Part shown: one piece after another, positions 10,150-18,402 of the stretch
Layout of the letters: each line of letters begins with the position of its first letter
How positions within the stretch are numbered: position 1 is the stretch's first letter
DNA from: Candidatus Adlerbacteria bacterium
GTDB taxonomy: Bacteria > Patescibacteriota > Minisyncoccia > Phycocordibacterales > SBAW01
Direction: 5' to 3'
DNA: 64,000 bases
Assembly: GCA_037135035.1 (NCBI GenBank)
Contig: JBAXLB010000003.1
Coordinates: 3,548 to 67,547 of the forward strand
Translations under genes and position numbers: made by a program
The notes under the pieces: generated by a model
The model's input: the letters and a program-made list of their open reading frames with translations, nothing else
Database searches by the model: none
Told to the model about the DNA's origin: nothing

Positions 10150-10478
10150 ATCCTCCCGACTGTTCCGAAAATAAACCCTACGAGTTCGATAACGAGCCAG
10201 CCAAGTATCGCGTAACCTATCATTGCAAAAATAGCGACCACGTCGAGCACCGAGTTGCTGCCAAGCGCGATGCCCGAAAACGATCCTACAAACGGGCCGA
10301 TAAACGCACCGCTCACGCTGTACACCCATGCAACAAATTGCGCCGAAGGGTTTGCGCCAAAAAGTTCGAGCACTAAGCGCACAAAAAGAAACACTTCAAT
10401 AATGCCAACAACGCCATTGATAATCCGTGCAACAAAATTTCCGCGATAGTAATAGCCGGTTGATGTAATTTCACTCAT
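10146..10478 (-). CDS. YggT-family membrane protein
   Basis: R.VL.LFGANP...FV.WVY..S.....PF.G.F. Confidence 0.75.
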   Translation of the reverse strand: MSEITSTGYYYRGNFVARIINGVVGIIEVFLFVRLVLELFGANPSAQFVAWVYSVSGAFIGPFVGSFSGIALGSNSVLDVVAIFAMIGYAILGWLVIELVGFIFGTVGRI

Positions 10479-10574
10479 ACCAACAACTGTAGCTTTTGTT
10501 GGATGTAGAAATGATGAAGAATTGTGAGATTAGAAAAAAGAAAATGCCCCGGGGTTACCGAGGCATTGAAAGAC

Positions 10575-10874
10575 CTAGCTGATCGTGGAAGCGTTGACCA
10601 GATCAGGGCTGCAACGAAAGGCGGGCTCCTTGCCGTGGAACTTCTCCAGAGGCTTCAGCTTCAGGTCGCCGTCCTCGTAGACGCCCTGCAGTGTGGCGTG
10701 GACGCGAGCGTCGTTGACGACGACGTCTCCCACCGCTACGTGCTGCCTATTGGTCTTCGGGCCGACGACGACCGACTCGACACCCGACTTCACCTTGGTC
10801 GACGGTGCGACCATCGGCGACTTTGCCGGCTTCCTAAAGTCGACCGGAAATGGCCGATTATGCTGACGTGTCAT
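10575..10874 (-). CDS. Hypothetical protein, stand-alone GC-rich cassette
   Basis: ATG 10874 preceded by GAAAGGTG SD; hairpin and T-tract downstream (~10535-10567). Confidence 0.55.
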   Translation of the reverse strand: MTRQHNRPFPVDFRKPAKSPMVAPSTKVKSGVESVVVGPKTNRQHVAVGDVVVNDARVHATLQGVYEDGDLKLKPLEKFHGKEPAFRCSPDLVNASTIS

Positions 10875-10975
10875 CAAAAAACACCTTTCGTGTATGTTAG
10901 AACGCAACGTCAAATATTGTACATAGTAATGGAAATAAGGCAAGAGGTACAAAATGTATCTGCGATGAGAGTAAT

Positions 10976-11326
10976 TTATCTAACTCTCTCCAACCTCCTC
11001 AAATTTTTTCGCAGGGCAACATGGTCCGGCAAGACTTTTGCGACCTGCGCCCAAAAGGCTGGGGAGTGGTTAAATTCGGCCAGGTGGCAGAGTTCGTGCA
11101 CGATTATATAGTCGACAATTTCTGTGGGGAGGAAGACAAGTTTGTAGTTAAAGTTTAGGTTCCCCCGCTCGGAGCAACTTCCCCAGCGCGACTTGTGGTT
11201 TTTGATAAATACTTTTTTGAGCGGAAATTTGTAGAACGTGTTGAAGTGGTTTAGCCGCGCGTGCACCAGTGCACGCGCGGCTTCCCTATGTTTTAAATAT
11301 TCTCTTCTACTCCGGCGCCACAGCAT
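10976..11326 (-). CDS. YgjP/DUF45 (M48-like) metal-dependent hydrolase
   Basis: SRWGSCS, DYIIVHELCHL...NHS..FW. Confidence 0.9.
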   Translation of the reverse strand: MLWRRSRREYLKHREAARALVHARLNHFNTFYKFPLKKVFIKNHKSRWGSCSERGNLNFNYKLVFLPTEIVDYIIVHELCHLAEFNHSPAFWAQVAKVLPDHVALRKNLRRLERVR

Positions 11327-11388
11327 CTACGCAGTATACAGAAAAAGCTCCACACTAGGCGGAGCTTTTTTGTTGTATGTTTTTTTAT

Positions 11389-12102
11389 TTACCGACCAAG
11401 GACAAGTGTCCGGCGAATTGCGTCAAACTGCGCAAGGAGTGCGGTTTGGTCAAAGGCAACAACGGTGTTTGGTGGGTAGTTACCAAGTTGTGTTGAGTGT
11501 ACAAAGTACCGTACCGCAGTACATGGCGACGTGCCCGGCAATGCAAAGATAGTTTCGTGGTAGAGGTTACCTGCACCCGCATCGCTACTTTCAGCAACCG
11601 AGTAGGTCGTGCCGTGGTCAACCATTGTTTTTATTGTGTCGTTTGTGTGGAAAAACAAGTCGGCGGTACAGCCTCGGGTAGTGGTCAAAGTTTCGACCGA
11701 AACACCAGTGTCCTGCGCCAAGTTAGTACCTTTTGTCGACGTTGTAGAAATATCAAACTTTACACCGGGTATAGTCAGCCCCGGACCAAGCGCACTGTAC
11801 GCGTAAGGAGTTTCAAGACGATACTCTTTTGGATAGCGAATAGAAAAACCAAACTTGGTTGATGTGTAGGTACTCCAGTTTTCTTGATTTGGAGTAGTTT
11901 GGTTTGTTGAGCCCGTCTGTGTATTTGTACTACCAGTTGTTTGCTGTGTTGTTGTCGCCATGGAGCCAAGCAACCCCGTAAGCGGTGCGCTGTTACGGAA
12001 CATCCACAAGACTAAACACAGTGCAATAAGCACAACGACAATAACAACAGTGGTAACTACGGTGCGGCCGCGGAGTGACGGGGTATTTTGTTGTGGGTTC
12101 AT
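11389..12102 (-). CDS. Membrane-anchored hypothetical protein (PsbP-like start W.TY....GFSI.YP)
   Basis: N-terminal TM, Thr-rich linker, WSTYTSTKFGFSIRYP. Confidence 0.7.
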   Translation of the reverse strand: MNPQQNTPSLRGRTVVTTVVIVVVLIALCLVLWMFRNSAPLTGLLGSMATTTQQTTGSTNTQTGSTNQTTPNQENWSTYTSTKFGFSIRYPKEYRLETPYAYSALGPGLTIPGVKFDISTTSTKGTNLAQDTGVSVETLTTTRGCTADLFFHTNDTIKTMVDHGTTYSVAESSDAGAGNLYHETIFALPGTSPCTAVRYFVHSTQLGNYPPNTVVAFDQTALLAQFDAIRRTLVLGR

Positions 12103-12158
12103 ATCACAATGATATGGCTTGCTTCATGAAGATACAAGGAAGCCCCTATGTAGGGAGG

Positions 12159-12437
12159 CTAGCGCTTAAAAGCAGAAAGGCAGCGCAAGCACTTGTCTTG
12201 GCCGGCACGAGTCTTTAAATATTTATTGCTGCATTCGCAAATTAAAATAGTTGTTTTGTTTGGTTTTTCTATCCAGTGGCCGTCTTGTTGAAAGGTCTTG
12301 CTGGGCCCACGCATCTGCGCGTTGTTGCGCACACCTGTTGAAGGCACGGGAATTTGCGCCGGTATGTTTTGCGGTGCAACGTGTTCTACATTTTTCTTTT
12401 TTAGTTTGGTTGTTTTTTCCATAGTAGTTGAACGCAC
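12159..12437 (-). CDS. Small hypothetical protein with putative Zn ribbon
   Basis: CEC...CLRC; follows the helicase gene. Confidence 0.55.
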   Translation of the reverse strand: MRSTTMEKTTKLKKKNVEHVAPQNIPAQIPVPSTGVRNNAQMRGPSKTFQQDGHWIEKPNKTTILICECSNKYLKTRAGQDKCLRCLSAFKR

Positions 12438-12455
12438 ACAAACCGCCTCGGGGCT

Positions 12456-13793
12456 TTAGGCTTCGATAAAGGTCAGTGCCTTACCCTTCTTGCCGGCACG
12501 GCCGGTACGGCCAATGCGGTGGATGTAGTCTTCGTGGCTCGACGGTAGGTCATAGTTGATCACGTGTGAGACGCCAGAAATGTCCAAACCGCGGGCAGCA
12601 ACGTCTGTCGCCACCAAAATTTTTACATGGTCGCGCTTAAAGAGGTCGAGCGCTTTTTGGCGTTTGTTTTGTGTTTTGTTGCCGTGGATAGACTCCGACT
12701 TAAAGCCCTTGGCGAGCAATGTTTTGGAAAGTTTTTCCACGCCGTGTTTTGTGCGGCCAAAGATTAGCACTTTGTTAAATTCCGGCTGGATAAGCAAGTC
12801 ATGCAACACAGTAAGTTTGTCTGTACCGCGGGGTACGCGGACAATGTCCTGCTCGATCGATGCAGCAGACTCGCGAGTCTTAACCGAGATGCGCACCGGT
12901 TCGCGGAGGAATTCGCCAATGAGGCGTTCAATTTCAGTCGAAAGAGTTGCAGAGAAAAACAGTGTGTGGCGGGGCGAAGGCAGCAACGAAAGTATCGTGC
13001 GCATGTCGTTGATAAAGCCCATGTCCAACATGCGGTCAGCTTCGTCCAACACTGCGGTGTTAAATGCGGAAAGCACCAAGGTTTTGCGTTCGAGCAAGTC
13101 CTTCAAACGGCCTGGAGTACCAATGACAAAGTTTGGTTTGCGGCGGAGTTCCGACATTTGTGGGCCGATACCGGCACCACCTACGCAGATTGCAGAAAAG
13201 ATTCCAAGCCCCGGGGTAAAGCCGCGGAGCTCGTCGCCGATTTGTACCGCAAGTTCGCGGGTTGGGACCATAATCAGTACGCGCTCATTTTTGTTGAGCA
13301 GCACTTTGTTTATGAGTGGAATGAGAAATGCGGCAGTTTTGCCGGTACCTGTGTTTGCGATACCAACAACGTCCGAACCACGGAGCACATGTGGGATAGC
13401 GCGGTCCTGGATCGGTGTCGGGAGGACATACCCTTTCTTAACAATGTTAGCTTTCAGTTTTTCTTCGATCAAAAAGTCAGCAAACTTATGTTCGGGTGTA
13501 AAGTGTTCAACTTGTTCGGTGATAACCGCCTTGTTAATGAAACGGGACGGGTCAAATGACGACATACCGAACTTTTTACCACCGCCACGCGACCCACCGC
13601 GACTTCCGCCGCTGTAGCCACCTGCCGCACCAAATGGGCGACGTGATGCACCTCCAAAGCTCTTACGAGGCCCGGACGAGTTTGCATACGGACGGCTACC
13701 CCCAGCAGAGGTACCGTGAGTAGATGTTATGTTATAAGGCTTTCGAGCGGGTTTGCCTCCCGATGTGAAAGGCCGTTTAAATTTATCTGGCAT
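12456..13793 (-). CDS. DEAD-box RNA helicase
   Basis: Q motif, GTGKT, PTRELA, TPGR, DEAD, SAT, ARGLD, HRIGRTGRAG; N-terminal RGG-rich tail. Confidence 0.97.
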   Translation of the reverse strand: MPDKFKRPFTSGGKPARKPYNITSTHGTSAGGSRPYANSSGPRKSFGGASRRPFGAAGGYSGGSRGGSRGGGKKFGMSSFDPSRFINKAVITEQVEHFTPEHKFADFLIEEKLKANIVKKGYVLPTPIQDRAIPHVLRGSDVVGIANTGTGKTAAFLIPLINKVLLNKNERVLIMVPTRELAVQIGDELRGFTPGLGIFSAICVGGAGIGPQMSELRRKPNFVIGTPGRLKDLLERKTLVLSAFNTAVLDEADRMLDMGFINDMRTILSLLPSPRHTLFFSATLSTEIERLIGEFLREPVRISVKTRESAASIEQDIVRVPRGTDKLTVLHDLLIQPEFNKVLIFGRTKHGVEKLSKTLLAKGFKSESIHGNKTQNKRQKALDLFKRDHVKILVATDVAARGLDISGVSHVINYDLPSSHEDYIHRIGRTGRAGKKGKALTFIEA

Positions 13794-13834
13794 TAGCCGC
13801 TAATAGTAATATATTACAACCTATTTGTCAACTA

Positions 13835-14965
13835 CTACTGATACTGAATAAAGCTTGGGGCCGGTGTGAGCTTCAAAACTTCTTCCTGTGTCATCAAACG
13901 AGTGCTTGGCGGCTTGATGTCATTTTTATAGAAGAGTTTAAAACCCGTAAACTGCACTGGTTGGAGATTTTCAAAATTGGTATACGTACCAACTTTTTTA
14001 GCAGGACCTCCCCACCCGTCCATGTCCATCACAATTTGTACTTCAGGGAGCGGGGTAATATTTTTATAATTTGTCACCATGCCTTGCGTGTAGCGGTGTA
14101 CAAACAATACTTTTGGCGGCAAGTTATTGTCGCGCACTAACTTTGCCAAATAGTTTGCAACCCAGTTTATGTCTGTCGCGTCGACGGTACCCACAACCGT
14201 GCCCGGCTTGGCGCCTGTCTTCATTGAAAACTCGGGGTCAATAGCCAGGTGCACGTTTGGCATTTTTAGATAGTTCTCAAGCAGCGGGACTTCTATCTGG
14301 TTAGTACTTAAACCCACCTGCACTTCAAGTATCACAATACCGTGCACTTGTTCGGCCAACTCGAGTGCATGGTCGACTTGGCTGTCGGGCATACGCAAAC
14401 GGTACTTGCCGTCTTTGCCGGCGCTCCCCTGTGCTGTTACGGCAATATAGTCGATAGCAGGGACAACTGGTGTTGCAGGGTCGGCCGCACGCCATTGTGC
14501 TAGCGTGTCGTTTAGTTTTGAAATCATAACGTCGGCAGGATATTCGCCAAGCACGCCCATACCTTTAGAGTAAAAGTTACCGTAGTACGCAACAATGCGG
14601 TTAAACGGCAGCAACGCGCCATAGTTTGGGTATGTTGTTTTTACCGGCCATGGTTGTTTTTTAACAGTTGTGGTACCCGTGGTGGTGCCGGTCAAAAAAT
14701 ATTCGTACCACGATGTTGATGTTGCAACGTGCGCGAGCGAAAGTAACTTAAGGTCGTATGCATGCGTGTCGAGTACTGGCGGTGGAACCACCTTCACGCT
14801 TACCGGAGTAGTTGATGCGTGCGCATCGTCCAAGCCTCCATAATGCACTGCAAACAAACTGCTGTAGCCAACCAAATACACCAACGCCAAACTAGCGACA
14901 CACCCAAGAGCTGCCATAGCAACATACACGACAGCTTTTTTTATATTTTTTTGTTTTTTTGCCAT
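13835..14965 (-). CDS. Membrane-anchored conserved hypothetical protein
   Basis: Start MAKK at 14965; RIVAYYG, LA.DPEF, DMDGWG, GFKLFY.ND motifs. Confidence 0.75.
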   Translation of the reverse strand: MAKKQKNIKKAVVYVAMAALGCVASLALVYLVGYSSLFAVHYGGLDDAHASTTPVSVKVVPPPVLDTHAYDLKLLSLAHVATSTSWYEYFLTGTTTGTTTVKKQPWPVKTTYPNYGALLPFNRIVAYYGNFYSKGMGVLGEYPADVMISKLNDTLAQWRAADPATPVVPAIDYIAVTAQGSAGKDGKYRLRMPDSQVDHALELAEQVHGIVILEVQVGLSTNQIEVPLLENYLKMPNVHLAIDPEFSMKTGAKPGTVVGTVDATDINWVANYLAKLVRDNNLPPKVLFVHRYTQGMVTNYKNITPLPEVQIVMDMDGWGGPAKKVGTYTNFENLQPVQFTGFKLFYKNDIKPPSTRLMTQEEVLKLTPAPSFIQYQ

Positions 14966-15234
14966 ACTGCCTTCTTTCCCACTATAGCAGACTTCACTAA
15001 CATGAGTTTTTGCGCGCGCGACATCTTTTTTACTTCTGCTTCCCGTTTTGAAGCCACACTGCGGTTTGCACATTCTTCGGTATATACTATTTTCTTGGCT
15101 TTTCGTGCGCGCGTATAGTGGCTACCAATCCCCTGCTGGTGTTCAGCAAAACGCCGCGCAACATCGGTCGCGATACCTGTGTACAGAGAGCCGTCTTTGC
15201 ACTCTAAAATGTAGACGAAATACATGTGCACCAA
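14941..15234 (-). CDS. GIY-YIG nuclease (UPF0213-like)
   Basis: FVYIL.C.DGSLYTG...D..RR..EH..G.G..YT; A..RE...K. Confidence 0.92.
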   Translation of the reverse strand: MVHMYFVYILECKDGSLYTGIATDVARRFAEHQQGIGSHYTRARKAKKIVYTEECANRSVASKREAEVKKMSRAQKLMLVKSAIVGKKAVWQKNKKI

Positions 15235-15235
15235 A

Positions 15236-15358
15236 TTACTCTTTCCAGATTTTTATAACGCACATGGGAGCCGGGCAAATATAGAGAGTTTTCGACTTCC
15301 TATCATAAAACCATCCGACCCAAAAGTCGTACCAGAGAAAACTAAAACTGATTTTCAT
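15236..15358 (-). CDS. 40-aa small protein (not in the ORF track)
   Basis: MKISFSFLWYDFWVGWFYDRKSKTLYICPAPMCVIKIWKE; stop codon abuts the GIY-YIG start. Confidence 0.55.
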   Translation of the reverse strand: MKISFSFLWYDFWVGWFYDRKSKTLYICPAPMCVIKIWKE

Positions 15359-15576
15359 AATTTCATTCTACCCGAGAATTAAATATCCCCCGCAGTATGC
15401 GGGGGGGGGTGTCGAACTCACAAGGTTTCAACGTTGGTGGCCTTTTACAGCTGCTATAACAGGCACCTGCTTCTAAGATGCCCGCCCATCGTGTTGCCCC
15501 ACAAGTTCGGCGTCTTGGTTATAGCAAAAGAGGAGAGGATTGAAAAGAAGGCTGTTTCGGTGTATTTTGGAACTGT

Positions 15577-15624
15577 ATTGCCAGCCTCGCCCGTAGGACG
15601 GTCTACGGCCGAGGGATCGTCTAA
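15577..15624 (+). repeat. Direct repeat copy 1: tRNA-Gln 5' end interrupted by a hairpin
   Basis: ATTGCCAG-CCTCGCCCGTAGGACGGTCTACGGCCGAGG-GATCGTCTAA. Confidence 0.9.
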
Positions 15625-15629
15625 ATCAT

Positions 15630-15908
15630 ATGCATTACGTATATGTTTTGAAAAGTAAGAAGGACGGCAATCTGTATATAGGTTGTACTGGTGATATTAC
15701 AAAACGAATAGAGCAGCATAAGAACGGAAAGGTGCGAGCGACAAAAAGTAGGTTGCCGGTTGAGTTGATCTATAAGGAAGAATATAGTGATAAGTATGAA
15801 GCGTTTTATCAGGAACGTTTCTACAAAACTCCAAAAGGCAAAAGAGAGTTGAAGGAAAAATTGCCAGCCTCGCCCGTAGGACGGAGCTACGGCCGAGGGA
15901 TCGTCTAA
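15630..15908 (+). CDS. Small GIY-YIG nuclease flanked by direct repeats
   Basis: YVYVL.S.KDG.LYIG.T.D...R..QH..G....TK.R.P..L.Y.E; C-terminus and stop are encoded by repeat copy 2. Confidence 0.92.
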   Translation: MHYVYVLKSKKDGNLYIGCTGDITKRIEQHKNGKVRATKSRLPVELIYKEEYSDKYEAFYQERFYKTPKGKRELKEKLPASPVGRSYGRGIV

Positions 15909-15910
15909 TG
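15860..15910 (+). repeat. Direct repeat copy 2: tRNA-Gln 5' end interrupted by a hairpin
   Basis: ATTGCCAG-CCTCGCCCGTAGGACGGAGCTACGGCCGAGG-GATCGTCTAATG. Confidence 0.9.
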
Positions 15911-15944
15911 TAATAATTGGACAATAAGTTCACGAAGTGAACAT

Positions 15945-16015
15945 TGCCAGATCGTCTAATGGTAGGACAACGGACTCTGAATCCGTTTATCTTGGTTCGA
16001 GTCCAAGTCTGGCAG
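15945..16015 (+). tRNA. tRNA-Gln(CTG)
   Basis: Acceptor TGCCAGA/TCTGGCA; anticodon arm ACGGA-CTCTGAA-TCCGT; TTCGA T-loop. Confidence 0.95.
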
Positions 16016-16092
16016 CAAATTTTTAGAGCTTATAAATCAATGGGATTTTAGAAAAGAGGACTTAGACATCAGAACTAGTATAAAATAAACCT

Positions 16093-16587
16093 ATGGGAAT
16101 AATATCGCACGACAGCGAAACGCCCGCGCAGGGCAAACAAGTAATATCCGCATGTGCATTTATCCACCACAATTTTGACGGCGTAGAAAAAGTGTTTATG
16201 CCCAAACGCGCAGATACAAAAAAGTTTTTGCCGAGCGTGTTTGAAATCCCCGGTGGCCACATAGACTTCGGCGAAGACGTTGTTGAAGGATTAAAGCGCG
16301 AAGTAATGGAAGAACATGGCATGCATATTTCTGTCGGTGACCCGTTTGCCGTATTTACCTACATAAACCCTATAAAAGGCTCCCACTCTATTGAAGCGGT
16401 TTACTTTGCTACCTTTACCGACCCACTGGAAAATATTTGCATCAACCCCGAAGACCACTCCGAATATAAATGGGTCGCAGAGAGTGAACTAGCTTCTGTA
16501 TCTTCCGCTCCAATTACAGATGCAGAATTTGCAAACGTTAAAAAAGGTTTTGAACTTTTACGCGGTGAAGCACATAACTTTGGTTAA
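16093..16587 (+). CDS. NUDIX hydrolase
   Basis: PGGHIDFGEDVVEGLKREVMEEHG Nudix box; EDHSEYKW. Confidence 0.92.
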   Translation: MGIISHDSETPAQGKQVISACAFIHHNFDGVEKVFMPKRADTKKFLPSVFEIPGGHIDFGEDVVEGLKREVMEEHGMHISVGDPFAVFTYINPIKGSHSIEAVYFATFTDPLENICINPEDHSEYKWVAESELASVSSAPITDAEFANVKKGFELLRGEAHNFG

Positions 16588-16598
16588 ATTAAAACAAG

Positions 16599-17273
16599 CT
16601 AGCTTCCGTAACGCTTAAGAAAATTCTCTCGGCTTATTGAAGCAAACGCTTTCTTTTCTTTTTCGTCTACTTCGCTAACCTCAAAACCCATTTTCTTCAT
16701 GATGTAGGGATGTTCGTAAATGATCCAAGACTGCCCAGTTACTCTTTCAACCCCTGCGAACAACGGGTCATTTTTAATTTTCGCGGCTAGCATATGCAAG
16801 CCTTCTTCAAACAACTGCAACATCTCCATCGGTTTTTTGGTAAACATCATTGGGATATGAATCCCAATATCTTTTTCCTCAATATGGTACGACAACGCTT
16901 CGTTAACGGAGGCCCAATCGCTTTGTTCAACTAAATTTTCACGCAATTTAGTCTCCAAATCTTCAGGAGATATTTTATCAACGAGAAATACATTTATCTG
17001 TTTGGTTATCTCTTTAGGAAGAGCTTCAACACTGCTGTAAGGAAAAGTTTTTAATCTCTCTATCAAAGCTTCAAATTCTTGGGCGCGTTCAGGAAAAAGA
17101 GCCTGTCCGCGCTGTCTAAAACGCTCTGTTATATATGTTGCCGTTGAAGCTATATCCTCTCTATTTGGAGCTTCCAATACCATACGCATAACAGACTCTT
17201 CGATACGTTTCGACATTGCTTCTACCATACCAACTTCTTTCTGGTCAGGTCGGGCAACTCCTTCGATTTTCAT
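16599..17273 (-). CDS. Hypothetical protein
   Basis: 224-aa ORF with normal composition; SW.....P......GF segment. Confidence 0.7.
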   Translation of the reverse strand: MKIEGVARPDQKEVGMVEAMSKRIEESVMRMVLEAPNREDIASTATYITERFRQRGQALFPERAQEFEALIERLKTFPYSSVEALPKEITKQINVFLVDKISPEDLETKLRENLVEQSDWASVNEALSYHIEEKDIGIHIPMMFTKKPMEMLQLFEEGLHMLAAKIKNDPLFAGVERVTGQSWIIYEHPYIMKKMGFEVSEVDEKEKKAFASISRENFLKRYGS

Positions 17274-17316
17274 ACTCTAAGTTTAGCACCGAACTATATA
17301 CCTAAAATGAGATTCA

Positions 17317-18402
17317 TCACTTCCCTACCGGAGGAGTAGTTGTTGCGACAGCCGGGCGGCTAGCGTAGTACGCATCCATTTGTTGATACGTAACTTTTGA
17401 AATGTCTTGTAAGTTCTGTTGTAATTTTGCAAAGTCTTTGCCGTGTGTCATCACACACAACAGGTATGGGTGGTTTGGATAGTACACAACTCCGCAGTCG
17501 TGCAACTCACTTGCTGCGGGCGTAGTAGCAGTTGCCGGGATACTTCGCACGCCAAACTTATGTGCAACTGCAAGTGACGCAGGGACCCCCGACACAATCC
17601 CGTCCTTATACTGCGCCTGTGTAAGAAGTGAAAGTGCTCGTTCAGAGTCGTCACGTGTTAGATACGTTGCACCAAACAACACACGGAAGATGGTGGCATA
17701 TGCGCTTACCGTCATAAACTGTAGCTTGTCTTCGCTTTGTGTTGCGGGCGAGGGAATGTTTAAGTCTGTAAAAATATCATTAAACGCAGCGAGTGTTTTT
17801 GCATCGAAGTTATTTACAAGTGTATTGAACGCATCGTTGTCGGAATAGACTATCATCTGTCGGATAATATCTCGGACACTGTATGTCTGGCCGGAGGTCA
17901 AATGTGGTATGACTTCGCCGGGGTTGTCGTCGGTTGGGTTTTCTGAACCTTGATACACAAGCTGCTTGTTTAGCACGCCAGGGTAGTCCTCATTTTCTTT
18001 ATAGTATGAGGTCATAATAAATACCTTGAGCAAACTCGCCGGAGCATACGTACTGTCGGGGTTTATGACAAACCACTTCCCACTCTTGAGCAAGCGTACA
18101 TACACAGAAATTGCCCTTGCATTTTTTGCACGTATATCGTCAGCGATAGTATTAGCAATTGCCTGTTTTATGGGATTTAATTCTGGAAATGCATCCTCCG
18201 GGCCGATGTCGCACGCAAGTATAGGGTCAATAAGAGAATAGCCGCTGTTGTCGTCGCGGACAATTGCGCCTCGATACACACCTGCCGGTACGGCAAAAGC
18301 GTGTATATACCAACCAAGAACAACACCGGCCAGCAACGCCCCCAAAACAACCAGGGCATGTGTTCGGCGCAATTTCATATACGTTCTACTTTTTACCTGC
18401 AA
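17317..18402 (-). CDS. Class A beta-lactamase-like serine hydrolase (start probably 18378)
   Basis: ASLLK (SxxK), SDN, HKFG motifs; N-terminal TM. Confidence 0.88.
   Translation of the reverse strand: MQVKSRTYMKLRRTHALVVLGALLAGVVLGWYIHAFAVPAGVYRGAIVRDDNSGYSLIDPILACDIGPEDAFPELNPIKQAIANTIADDIRAKNARAISVYVRLLKSGKWFVINPDSTYAPASLLKVFIMTSYYKENEDYPGVLNKQLVYQGSENPTDDNPGEVIPHLTSGQTYSVRDIIRQMIVYSDNDAFNTLVNNFDAKTLAAFNDIFTDLNIPSPATQSEDKLQFMTVSAYATIFRVLFGATYLTRDDSERALSLLTQAQYKDGIVSGVPASLAVAHKFGVRSIPATATTPAASELHDCGVVYYPNHPYLLCVMTHGKDFAKLQQNLQDISKVTYQQMDAYYASRPAVATTTPPVGK

Noticed and set aside
12556-13617. 353-aa plus-strand ORF
   Set aside because: Antisense shadow of the DEAD-box helicase.
15401-15409. 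G9 tract as a phase-variation site
   Set aside because: Intergenic and part of a hairpin arm; no reading frame is affected.
17317-18402. Functional antibiotic-resistance beta-lactamase
   Set aside because: Membrane-anchored class A-like fold with KFG instead of KTG; activity cannot be inferred from the sequence.
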